Shown in pieces: positions 52,656-64,000 of a stretch of 64,000 bases of DNA. Numbering within the stretch: position 1 is the first letter of the stretch; each line of letters begins with the position of its first letter. This stretch comes from Paramoeba atlantica (taxonomy: Eukaryota > Protista > Discosea), in assembly GCA_977017575.1 (NCBI GenBank), contig CDRNVI010000039.1:682001-746000 (forward strand), given 5' to 3'. A program made the translations under genes and the position numbers. The notes below the pieces were generated by a model. It searched no databases. It saw only the letters and a program-made list of their open reading frames with translations, and was not told the origin of the DNA.

Positions 52656-54106
52656 GAAATCAACGTCTTCTCTCCCCTGCATCATAATGAAAGTAAACCA
52701 TGTTAAAACCAATTTTCCTAGTAATATATCGCTTCAATGAAAGTTTCAGTCCAATCATCCCGACTATTTTTAGTTTCCAATAAACTATATCTATCTGACG
52801 AATTATCAAGGTACCTGGCCAATATAATAAAAACAATCACAGAAACCCAGTCAACAACTCCTGAAACTTACGAACGGGCATCCCGTCCACCAACTCCGCG
52901 AAATGGTTGGGGGTTGGTGGGTGGGCGCAATTTGAAAAGGGTAAAAGAAGGAGTGTCGCTATACACAAAAACAATATATATGACTTCATCCCGAGTACTA
53001 CTAAATAATAAATCTCATTACATCTAACAACGGGTGCCCCTTTCGGGGCCACAATCTGTAAAAACAAATCATAATATAAATATTATGTGCCCCGAAGGGC
53101 CATTATGTCAATCATCCTAAATTTCTAAACGTATACTTCTAGAAATCAACGTCTTCTCTCCCCTGCATCATAATGAAAGTAAACCATGTTAAAACCAATT
53201 TTCCTAGTAATATATCGCTTCAATGAAAGTTTCAGTCCAATCATCCCGACTATTTTTAGTTTCCAATAAACTATATCTATCTGACGAATTATCAAGGTAC
53301 CTGGCCAATATAATAAAAACAATCACAGAAACCCAGTCAACAACTCCTGAAACTTACGAACGGGCATCCCGTCCACCAACTCCGCGAAATGGTTGGGGGT
53401 TGGTGGGTGGGCGCAATTTGAAAAGGGTAAAAGAAGGAGTGTCGCTATACACAAAAACAATATATATGACTTCATCCCGAGTACTACTAAATAATAAATC
53501 TCATTACATCTAACAACGGGTGCCCCTTTCGGGGCCACAATCTGTAAAAACAAATCATAATATAAATATTATGTGCCCCGAAGGGCCATTATGTCAATCA
53601 TCCTAAATTTCTAAACGTATACTTCTAGAAATCAACGTCTTCTCTCCCCTGCATCATAATGAAAGTAAACCATGTTAAAACCAATTTTCCTAGTAATATA
53701 TCGCTTCAATGAAAGTTTCAGTCCAATCATCCCGACTATTTTTAGTTTCCAATAAACTATATCTATCTGACGAATTATCAAGGTACCTGGCCAATATAAT
53801 AAAAACAATCACAGAAACCCAGTCAACAACTCCTCAAACTTACGAACGGGCATCCCGTCCACCAACTCCGCGAACCAACCCGTTCGCCCGTAATCCAAAC
53901 TCCCGCGCGCACGTGTTTGTAGCAAATGGTGGCGGCCAATTACTAAAAACTCGTAACGTTTTTCAAGAATTCCTACCGCGTAATAAAATTGAATAGTATA
54001 TATTTTCTATATAGCTAATTTTTTTTTTTGATTCTATATAATGAGTTTTACTAATTAATGGTACATTCATACCTATGCGAGTTTCCATACATGTATGTAT
54101 ACATGC

Positions 54107-57013
54107 TTATCCGGTGCGGCTGATAGGGTCCGCTGGGTTTTCGGCAGATCTCACGTAACGTGCCATGATACATACGCCAAGGTTCTGATTTGTCTTCAAC
54201 ACACGCTTGAGCTCTCCGGCAATACTGTCGGATTTCGCGATCTTGCGTTTGAATGCTGCTTGACAAGAGGTGTTGTCAATAAACAAATCAACACAGGTTC
54301 CTTTTTGAAAGTGGTGTGTCAGTTTTTCAAACGCAAGTCGAACGGCCATCGCCTCAGCGTGATTCACTTCGTATTTGAACTCAGGTTGCCATTTATCGCC
54401 AACAATAATCACTTGTCCGTCGTCCCGGTAAAGAACCGCGCCCCATCCTTTAGCCGACGCATCCGTGTACAGTCGGTGTTTATGCGGGACAACGTCAGGA
54501 TGCGGAGGTGGTGATATAGGCTCATTTACCAAAATGATATCACGCCAATTCGCGAGAATCGATCGGGTGGCTGTCGGAAGAGGAACCGGTTGATGTGCGA
54601 GTTCGGGGCATCGGTTTAACTCATTGATACGTCGTCTAACAATCTTTAAGGGGAAATGATAGTCTGGTATAATATGACCCAAGACCGCTGCTGCATAGAG
54701 GAGGCGCCCCACCGCCGTCTCCAATTGAGAGTACGTAATATTACGAAACCGATCTCGTGACATTTTCCGTATAACCCTAGGCCCCAGGTTGACCTTATGG
54801 GTTACGTGATTGTAGAAGACGCCGTTAAAAACATATTCAGTGGAGGGGTCAAAACCAGCCTCCTTGAACAAACCTCCCACTTCCTTACACCGTGAATCCA
54901 CGAATTTCACAAATTTATCAGCTTGTTCTTGAGATCCTGCGAAACGAATCCCGTCTATATAGACGTCCACAGATCCAATGCATGAAACTAGTTCGGGTTT
55001 GCATACCGCCAGATCGCCTGCTAGTGTAGCTGTAATCTTGTGCATAATTTCAGGGGCGCATCGGTGCCCCATTGGCATAACCTTCATCTGGTGTAAGACG
55101 CCATTTAGATCTCGAAAGCGAAATTTGGCACGAGCCTGGCGCGGAATTGGAACTTGATAAAATCCACATCGGAGATCGCGCTTCACCCCCACTTCTTCGG
55201 CAGCCTTATGGAGATAACGAGAAGGATGCAACAAAGGCACGTCTGGCTTGTAGTCTTTTAATCGCAAGTTATCATCCTTGGTCCATGATATGAAACGGCG
55301 CCTATCGTTGCCTTCCTCGTCGGATTCGACTACCGTGAATGGAATTACGTATTACAGCGTTGGGTACCGGCGTATGTCGTCCTCCTCCACTCTTTCTATC
55401 ACTCCGGCTTCAAGTAAACCCGTGATGTCGGCATTTACAAGATTACCTTTTGTTGAAGGCTCTGGTTGGGCTCCTAGTCGTGTATTAAATAATTCACCTA
55501 TTACCGTTTCAAGCCGGCGGCGCGCTTCAGGGGTCATCCAATTCTTTACTTTTTGTACATCCATAACGGGTATTCCAACTTTAACGTGTAGGGGAAGGTC
55601 CATATCTTCGGTACGTGCAAGACGGGATGTACGGCGCGCGCAAATAATGCTGTATCGTCGAACGTGCGGTATTTGATCAAAACAAAGATTTACATCCTCT
55701 TGAGTCATTGTATTGGGAGGAGAACCGAGGCTCGCTGAGTACCGAGGGCTTTCGCCGTCGTAATAAGGTTGCCGTTGTATCGCAAGAGGGAGTTTATGCA
55801 TTGATGCTTTGCTATGTTTTGAACGTCGGAGAGAGCGACGTGTCCGAGCGCCACCTCGCTGAAAAGGTGAGTTATCGCGCCGCGCTTCAGGGAATGTGTT
55901 CCAAATCCCGGACCTAGAATCCTCTGCATCTTTCGGTCCATCTCCCGAACCGTTGTACTCGCTATGTGTTGGCCTTCCCTCATGAATTGGACGTAATTTG
56001 CAATCTCCTGAGTTCCTTCCCCTTGGATCGCTGTGCACATCGATAGCCGGTACGGGTTGAGACGCGTCGATTTTGTATTCCTCCCCCAATAAATTATTAC
56101 TTCGTTTGGTTGATGTCGCACAAATCGTTCCAGAGTCAGTTCGGCCACCTCTGTCCATCTGGCCGCAGCCTTCCAACAAATCAAGGCGGCTATCCCTTCT
56201 CTTAACGACAATTTTTCCCTGAGCCGGCGCAGCTGCCATGGAGTAATCGGTTCCATCTGACGAGTAGGCTCGAGAGCCCCCCTTGCTTGTAGGGCTTTCG
56301 CGAACATTTTGAGTGAAATTGGATCCTTTTGGCTTAGTTGAAACACCGTCTGGAGATTTCGGGTGTAGCTTAACAGTGTTGCTGGTGCGAGATCGAGTTG
56401 ATTTAAGAAAAGGACGGCGTGTACTGGATCTCGCGGAAAACCGCTTTGTAGACAAAACTTTTCCAGTCTTTCCCAAAGTCGCGCCCTCGTTAGCCATGTA
56501 GCATTTGTCCACATTGGATTGATTGCGCTTTGAATCTGACGTGCGATAGGACTCAGAGGCGGTAGATTTAGAATTGTATATGTTAGTTTTTGCTGGACTG
56601 AGCGCAATTTTGTTTCCCTGGTGTTGTCTCCCGCGGGACGCATTTCTTGAGGTTTTTTGGCTTGCGGTTGCAGGCGTTGGCGTTTGGCTTGAGGGATATT
56701 TGACTTTGTCTTTAATTCCGCCACCGGATTCCGTGGCGAATGCAGTACCGTTCCGTGACATGCCGTGAAGGCACGCACCTTCCCTGCAGAGTGCAGTGAT
56801 GAATTGCAGAATATACCTGGATAAATCACCCGCCGCTTCTTCAGCGGACAGACACGAGCGATATAAGGGGTGGGGAACCTGGCCTATTGGCTCCTCTTTG
56901 CACCTGTTGTGCCGCTCGTCACCCCGCCCCGAAAACCCGGGGTCGAACGAGTAGAAGATTGATTTAATGGGCAGTTGGCGCGAAAGTGACCTGGCTTGTG
57001 GCATCGATAGCAA
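54107..57013 (-). pseudogene. RT/RNase H ORF of copy 2, split by a CAA-to-TAA stop at 55352-55354
   Basis: Otherwise near-identical to 42744-45650. Confidence 0.9.
55705..56829 (-). CDS. Tyrosine recombinase of copy 2 (intact)
   Basis: 374 aa, two substitutions relative to copy 1. Confidence 0.9.
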   Translation of the reverse strand: MIYPGIFCNSSLHSAGKVRAFTACHGTVLHSPRNPVAELKTKSNIPQAKRQRLQPQAKKPQEMRPAGDNTRETKLRSVQQKLTYTILNLPPLSPIARQIQSAINPMWTNATWLTRARLWERLEKFCLQSGFPRDPVHAVLFLNQLDLAPATLLSYTRNLQTVFQLSQKDPISLKMFAKALQARGALEPTRQMEPITPWQLRRLREKLSLREGIAALICWKAAARWTEVAELTLERFVRHQPNEVIIYWGRNTKSTRLNPYRLSMCTAIQGEGTQEIANYVQFMREGQHIASTTVREMDRKMQRILGPGFGTHSLKRGAITHLFSEVALGHVALSDVQNIAKHQCINSLLRYNGNLITTAKALGTQRASVLLPIQ

Positions 57014-57925
57014 AGAAAGGCCGGGCGATTAGTGGCGATTTTTGAAACACTCATGTGGCGCAGCTTTTCCTCCGCAACTGCCTTCGAGTACGCATCCTTA
57101 GTGTCATCATCCTTGTGGAGTTTTAATTGTACACGTTCGACTTGAATTCCGGATGAGGCCCAATAGTGGTTTCGCAGTTCTTCGATGGCTGTGCGTACGA
57201 TTTCGAGAAAATGTTCCTCTCGCCATAGGGGAAAAACTCGTGCCGCTTGGATCCACTCTTGGACTATTTTAAATAGACGTTCACGGATAGGAGGAGCGTT
57301 CAGTAACAAACCAAATTCAGGATGGACGCGTAAATCACGGATAAGGTCTCGTACGCGTAACTCATCCTCGGATTCTAGCCACGGGCCCCATGATAGAGGA
57401 TCGTTTGCGGTGAAACGAGCCGGATCGGTGATAGGCGCATTAGGAGTCTTAGGTTCTTCGTCCGCTTTGCGCCCTCCAGGCATTTTTGCTCGCACCCGGG
57501 TAATTTCCAACGAATAATATTCGATGTCTGGAAAAGGAAAGTCGTATGCCATGCCGGGATCATCGTTCCAAACGGCTTCCATGCCTCCTGAATCGTCGGA
57601 TTTCAGACGAACGTTGCCAATCACAGTTTCGCGCACTGCATCCCCATGGTGACCCCACACGGCTTCTACAGACACATCGTAACCCTTAAGGATCAAAGTC
57701 CGGACTTTTTGCGCGAATTCCACCTTATCCTCGTCAGACATCGCTGCAGAGCCTGTTCCCCCCCCGAAGCAAAGCCGCCACTTGCTCCGGGTTCAGCGTC
57801 GTACGTTGTCCCCCGTATTGCAGACTCGGATCGACAGGGTTGGGAGATGCCGGATCTTCTCGTATAGGACTCTGTGGCCTCCCCATCGACAGCGTGCGAC
57901 GAACAGTATTAAGAATGCTGGTCAT
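56884..57925 (-). pseudogene. Gag of copy 2, with a 1-bp frameshift in a G/C homopolymer near 57760 (possibly a sequencing error)
   Basis: Two ORF-track pieces together match 45521-46561. Confidence 0.8.
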
Positions 57926-58143
57926 CACGCAATTTGAAAAGGGTAAAAGAAGGAGTGTCGCTATACACAAAAACAATATATATTACTTCATCCCGAGTAC
58001 TACTAAAAAATAAATCTCATTACATCTAACAACGGGTGCCCCTTTCGGGGCCACAATCTGTAAAAACAAATCATAATATAAATATTATGTGCCCCGAAGG
58101 GCCATTATGTCAATCATCCTAAATTTCTAAACGTATACTTCTA

Positions 58144-60252
58144 GTAATGACCTTTCCTTATTGTAAGACCTTTCCTTATTGTAAGACCTTTCCTTATTGT
58201 AAGACCTTTCCTTATTGTAAGACCTTTCCTTATTGTAAGACCTTTCCTTATTGTAAGACCTTTCCTTATTGTAAGACCTTTCCTTATTGTAAGACCTTTC
58301 CTTATTGTAAGACCTTTCCTTATTGTAAGACCTTTCCTTATTGTAAGACCTTTCCTTATTGTAAGACCTTTCCTTATTGTAAGACCTTTCCTTATTGTAA
58401 GACCTTTCCTTATTGTAAGACCTTTCCTTATTGTAAGACCTTTCCTTATTGTAAGACCTTTCCTTATTGTAAGACCTTTCCTTATTGTAAGACCTTTCCT
58501 TATTGTAAGACCTTTCCTTATTGTAAGACCTTTCCTTAGTGTAAGACCTTTCCTTAGTGTAAGACCTTTCCTTAGTGTAAGACCTTTCCTTAGTGTAAGA
58601 CCTTTCCTTAGTGTAAGACCTTTCCTTATTGTAAGACCTTTCCTTAGTGTAAGACCTTTCCTTATTGTAAGACCTTTCCTTATTGTAAGACCTTTCCTTA
58701 TTGTAAGACCTTTCCTTATTGTAAGACCTTTCCTTATTGTAAGACCTTTCCTTATTGTAAGACCTTTCCTTATTGTAAGACCTTTCCTTATTGTAAGACC
58801 TTTCCTTATTGTAAGACCTTTCCTTATTGTAAGACCTTTCCTTATTGTAAGACCTTTCCTTATTGTAAGACCTTTCCTTATTGTAAGACCTTTCCTTATT
58901 GTAATGACCTTTCCTTATTGTAAGACCTTTCCTTATTGTAAGACCTTTCCTTATTGTAAGACCTTTCCTTATTGTAAGACCTTTCCTTATTGTAAGACCT
59001 TTCCTTATTGTAAGACCTTTCCTTATTGTAAGACCTTTCCTTATTGTAAGACCTTTCCTTATTGTAAGACCTTTCCTTATTGTAAGACCTTTCCTTATTG
59101 TAAGACCTTTCCTTATTGTAAGACCTTTCCTTATTGTAAGACCTTTCCTTATTGTAAGACCTTTCCTTATTGTAAGACCTTTCCTTATTGTAAGACCTTT
59201 CCTTATTGTAAGACCTTTCCTTATTGTAAGACCTTTCCTTATTGTAAGACCTTTCCTTATTGTAAGACCTTTCCTTATTGTAAGACCTTTCCTCATTGTA
59301 AGACCTTTCCTTATTGTAAGACCTTTCCTTATTGTAAGACCTTTCCTTATTGTAAGACCTTTCCTTATTGTAAGACCTTTCCTTATTGTAAGACCTTTCC
59401 TTATTGTAAGACCTTTCCTTATTGTAAGACCTTTCCTTATTGTAAGACCTTTCCTTATTGTAAGACCCTTCCTTATTGTAAGACCTTTCCTTATTGTAAG
59501 ACCTTTCCTTATTGTAAGACCTTTCCTTATTGTAAGACCTTTCCTTATTGTAAGACCTTTCCTTATTGTAAGACCTTTCCTTATAGTAAGACCTTTCCTT
59601 ATTGTAAGACCTTTCCTTATTGTAAGACCTTTCCTTATTGTAAGACCTTTCCTTATTGTAAGACCTTTCCTTATTGTAAGACCTTTCCTTATTGTAAGAC
59701 CTTTCCTTATTGTAAGACCTTTCCTTATTGTAAGACCTTTCCTTATTGTAAGACCTTTCCTTATTGTAAGACCTTTCCTTATTGTAAGACCTTTCCTTAT
59801 TGTAAGACCTTTCCTTATTGTAAGACCTTTCCTTATTGTAAGACCTTTCCTTATTGTAAGACCTTTCCTTATTGTAAGACCTTTCCTTATTGTAAGACCT
59901 TTCCTTATTGTAAGACCTTTCCTTATTGTAAGACCTTTCCTTATTGTAAGACCTTTCCTTATTGTAAGACCTTTCCTTATTGTAAGACCTTTCCTTATTG
60001 TAAGACCTTTCCTTATTGTAAGACCTTTCCTTATTGTAAGACCTTTCCTTATTGTAAGACCTTTCCTTATTGTAAGACCTTTCCTTATTGTAAGACCTTT
60101 CCTTATTGTAAGACCTTTCCTTATTGTAAGACCTTTCCTTATTGTAAGACCTTTCCTTATTGTAAGACCTTTCCTTATTGTAAGACCTTTCCTTATTGTA
60201 AGACCCTTCCTTATTGTAAGACCTTTCCTTATTGTAAGACCTTTCCTTATTG
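58144..60252. repeat. 18-bp tandem array, about 117 units
   Basis: Same unit as 51167-52655; clustered TTAGTG variants near 58535-58650. Confidence 0.98.
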
Positions 60253-63200
60253 TTTTTTTTTTTTGCTAGAACTACATTGTAAATGGAAATATTTGTGGTG
60301 CATTTGTAGGAATTTGGAGTATGCCAGACGCATACGTTTAAACTTTAATATAATAAAATAGCGTCAATTGACGCATGACGTCAGAAACGGAGGGCTGACC
60401 GTCCGGCATAGGATGGCGGAATAGTCGTAGTTTCTTAAATTCAACTTATAGAATGTTGTGTGTTCAAGAAACTCCAACATGAAATTTTCTTAATTTGCGT
60501 CTATAGAAAACCATTTTATACATAAAATATCTTTTTTTTTTTTTTATTGTGCAATTCTTTTCGTAAACTTTTATAGTTTTTTTTTCATTCTTATATTATA
60601 TGTTCTTAGATTCTCAGCGTTAGATTCTCAGCGAATTGAAATCAGTGCACTGGCGAAGGCGCATTGTTCCGTGCTTTAGAAGGCATATTCCCGACTTTTG
60701 TCCTCCTTGCGAAGGTATCGACTCAGCTGTGAATATGCTACCGCCCCATTAAGCTCCTGCAACAATAGCTGAAATTCGGCATAAACGCGTTTGCGCTGCA
60801 TTCCACAGGCATCTGCGAGAGCATCCATAAGAGCCTTCGTGTTTGAATGCATTGCACCCCCTGAGAGGACAGGTATACATTGAAAGCTTTCAGCCATGAT
60901 CTTCCCGGTCTTGACGTATGTGTCATGTTTTCGTCGACAGGCGTCGCGGAATAAATGTGCACACTTTGTGTCAAGGTTTGAGGGTGCCAATTCGTGGATG
61001 ACTGTTAGATCGTAGTATATCTCGCCGGTTGCCCAATATATAACAATGTCAGGACCGGACCGATGAAACGACCGCCCACCACACGTTTTCTCGTGAAGTT
61101 TTCGGTGATTGGGGTTAACGATCTCGTTACATTGTGTGCAGCGGAAAGTTGACAGTGCACGGGGCTCCTTTTCGCACGGAATGCCTGTTTTCATACAGAG
61201 TTCGTAAATGAAGTTGACCAGAGTGTTGTGTTTAGTCGTGGCATTGAGACCACCGCATTTTGTACAGCCCATGATGTGTGTCAAGATTGAATCGGAGTCA
61301 AGAAGAATTCTGCAGCCGGGGCATGTGATGTGTGATGGCAGATCTGGGTGAGCGATCCCCAATCGTGGCATGACGGCGAGACTGAACAGGTGTGATGGTA
61401 TGAGTCGCGCGTCAGAGTGCGTCCATCCGTTATTGCCTTTGTGTGTTACTTTTTCGAGTACCTTCGCTATGTTTGATTGCTCGCAGTAGAATTTCATCGC
61501 AACGAAATTTATCTCAGCAAAACTAGAAAAAGTTAGCATAAATAATGATCGCAGGCACCGCAGACCTGAATATCAAGAACACCATATGCAGTGTTGTATT
61601 TTGATTTTTGAGGTGACATGCATCACGCAAGAGACGTGCACTCCTCAGCAGGAAGAAGGAAACTTCCTGTCTCTTCAGTTTGCCGGAGCGTAAATGGGTT
61701 ATCCGTGCTCATCAACAAACCTCCGAGACAAGAAGTCTCACTTTCCTCTGTTTCAGAGTACACAATCTCATCACTTACCCATTGAAAGCATTCCGCAACA
61801 CTCTCCATCTTTCCAGTTTGCCGGAGCGTAAGTGGGTTTTCCGTGCTCATCAACAAACCTTCAAAATGAAGAGTGTCTCGTCCTGCTTTCAACGAGCACA
61901 TGATCTTTTTGCATGCGCATGCCACACTCAGTGCCTTTTTCACCTTTCCAGTGTCGTTTGCTTCGGAGCGCGGGCGAAAGCGAGGGTCCTCCGACGATGT
62001 GACATTTGAAAGGATCATAAAAGGAATAAAAATCAACAAGGTACAGAAACAAGGTAATCAACAAGGTACAGAAATTGCTCGCGGGTCATCTTTTTCCAAA
62101 TTTTGATGTGCTTTTGAGCCGCCGTCGTGGTTTCGTCTACCGGAGGTATGTTGCTCTGAAGGTGGTCCGTTGATCCAACATTTCGCTCCCTGATTCCATC
62201 TGTCCGAGCTGAATTGTTTTTGGGGCGCTCAAGAACAGAGTGGCATGAGGAGCGGTACGCGGCCTCTCGCGTGGAAGAGCAGTCTGTCAAGCCGAGTCCT
62301 CCTTTTCTTGTGGGCATTCGCAGCAACGCGATTTGTTCATCCGAGAGATGTCCGAACCATGATGTAAGAACGTTTTCTACCTCTTTGTCGAATCGGGTCG
62401 CTAGTTCAGCTGAAGCGGTGGGGTTGTGTGCACGGAGGTGGTAGGCCTGTCTAACGTTTATACATCTGGAAAGCAGATTGCACGATACATTGTTAACCCC
62501 CATCAATTTGAGCCGTCGGAAGCTGTCGTTGTGCTTCGTCAGTGACTGTATTAGGCGTTCGCTGACCGATTTGTCGTCCCCGATGAAAGCCCCAAGGATT
62601 TTTGTTGCTTTTTTTTTGGTGATTACCCCGGCGCTCTCTAATTCTTGTGGTAATGGTTCTTCTTCCAGTCCGCCAAACCAGACACATTTTTTGGGAGCAA
62701 CTATTAGATTTTGTTCCTCTAGAAGCGTTTTTAGTCGGGAGAAGGCACTGGCCAATCGCTCGGGGTTTTTTGACGCAATAGTTACATCATCGACATAAGC
62801 GTTGATTGTGATATCAGGGTGCTCTGCAGACAGAGTTTCAAGGATTGGTTGCAATAGGGCACAGAAATAAACCGATGAAAGTGTGGACCCTTGTCGGACA
62901 CCATTTGTGCTTGGAATTGTTCCTGCATGGTGACCTTGATTTCCGCAGTATAGCAACTCAGATGCCGTTGCGTATTCAGCATGGAAAAACCTCTGGAAGG
63001 GTTTCAATGTAGCAAGACCATATACGGCTTTCGCCAGGGCTGGTCGCGATGGGGAGTTGAAGGCGTTTTTTACATCTACGGATAGGATGCACGAGCCGTC
63101 GCGATATAGGGAGTTTAGCCGATGTACAATCTTCTCGCAGCCTGACTTAGATAGAACTCCTTGTTGGAGCGGCGCAAATAGCGGTTGCAGGGTGGGTTCA

Positions 63201-64000
63201 AATCGCTGAACAAGGACCAAGCCAGAAAGTTTCATTAGGACTTCACCAATTGCGATCGGGCGGATGCCTCCATCAGGCTTGGGAATACCAATTAACCTTG
63301 CTCGTGTTAATCGGCGCATCAGTTCTTTAGTGAGAAATCCATTGATCAGGTCCTGAATCATGTGGAAAAGACTCCCGCAGCATACAGGGTCATCGATGAG
63401 TATGCGTACTATCGTGTCCGTCGTACCAGTTGGTCCGGGGCTAGCTCCTTTGGCGAGGCGCAACCCAGCAGAGCGGAGTTCAGTAGGGGTGAGTCCGCCT
63501 ATTAGGGGGGCGTCACATGGAAGATCAAGTTCGTATGGGTTTTGTGGGTGTAAGTCTTGAAGTTTCTTGAATGTCTCTTCTTCGGATAAGTATTGCTTCT
63601 CAATTTTGCGGTCAAGCACTTGAGCTCCTTTCCTGGCATATCCTTCTATCACGAGCCGTGTTGCTCTTTTAATGGCTCGTTTATCAGAAGCCGTGAGGTC
63701 TCCCTTGTTCTCCGAAAGTTCGTCTCCATTGTCTTCTTTTCCATTCGAACGATCCAAAAGTGCTTTCCCATCTTTCATATTCTGTTGGGCTGAGTCTCGC
63801 GCTGTTTCCTCCGGCGGAAATGGTCGCCGACGTCTGTTGCGATTGGATTGTTGTCGAAGTGTAGCTAAGGATGTTTTCATGGCCGAGAGGACCGCGTGCC
63901 AGATTTTGTGTCTTTGTGGGTAAGGGCTGTTCGCGTAGTCACTCATTATTTCTCGGTATGTGGCGATGACGCCTGGTATTAACTCAGGCCTCATAACTCG
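60253..64000 (-). mobile_element. CRE-clade non-LTR retrotransposon (RT plus CCHC/REL endonuclease), poly(A) tail abutting the 18-mer array, 5' end outside the window
   Basis: T12 at 60253-60264; RT motifs RARLIGIPKPDGGIRPIAIGE, DVKNAFN, GVRQG, AYVDD, GGLGL; REL CPGC..HIMGC..H, PDIV..DLTV. The two ORFs rejoin in frame when 61485-62073 and one duplicated 9-mer are removed. Confidence 0.93.
61485..62073 (-). pseudogene. 589-bp retrocopy of a trans-spliced mRNA (SL fragments, 15-nt UTR, ORF 62018-61623) flanked by a 9-bp duplication
   Basis: GCGAGCAAT at 62074-62082 and 61476-61484; TTTCTGTACCTTGTTG twice at 62034-62074. Confidence 0.85.

Larger units (their letters stand above)
52656..58143 (-). 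mobile_element. TATE-like YR retrotransposon copy 2 with split direct repeats A1-body-B1-A2-L-B2-A3-L-B3, inserted in the 18-mer array
   Basis: A=216 bp (57928-58143, 53412-53627, 52926-53141); B=247 bp (53628-53874, 53142-53388, 52656-52902); L=23 bp; 486-bp period. Confidence 0.95.

Noticed and set aside
51041-60361. Long ORFs (IRKGLT, NKERSY, VRPFLI, CKTFPY repeats)
   Set aside because: Artefacts of an 18-bp unit that lacks stops in several frames.
10985-62074. A true SL RNA gene
   Set aside because: None of the five SL fragments is followed by the GT intron; all are exon-only junctions.
1-64000. Alternative genetic code, tRNA genes, spliceosomal cis-introns, viral or Polinton genes
   Set aside because: Conserved genes translate end to end with the standard code; no tRNA cloverleaf, intron-split gene, capsid, packaging ATPase or protein-primed polymerase motif was recognised by eye.

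Overview
Eukaryotic, intron-less, very compact DNA that looks kinetoplastid (Euglenozoa). The evidence is a single-strand gene cluster, a kinetoplastid-type 5S rRNA and kinetoplastid-type spliced-leader (SL) sequence; the exact taxon cannot be determined from the window. Bases 1-22 kb are a minus-strand cluster of housekeeping genes (P/U-type cyclin, RPS26, BUD31, SDHAF2, NADH-cytochrome b5 reductase, HAS1, LicD-family protein, eIF2A, PCNA) peppered with TA-flanked MITEs. Bases 22-50 kb are a transposon graveyard: pogo and Tc1 remnants, MITEs, CRE-clade and RTE-like non-LTR fragments, several tyrosine-recombinase (YR; DIRS/VIPER/TATE-type) retroelements, two tandem 5S rRNA copies, two twister ribozyme matches and arrays of an unrecognised covarying hairpin. 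Bases 50-64 kb hold a 153-bp satellite and about 3.6 kb of an 18-bp repeat, which is interrupted by a YR retrotransposon and ends at the poly(A) tail of a CRE-clade element. Main result: one YR-element copy carries a reverse-transcribed SL at exactly the AG trans-splice acceptor seen in its sister copy. The SL lies between two copies of a 33-bp segment that coincides with the end of the split-direct-repeat A module. This looks like a fossil showing how the element rebuilds the 5' end it loses to trans-splicing. All alignments and counts were done by eye; no database searches were run.
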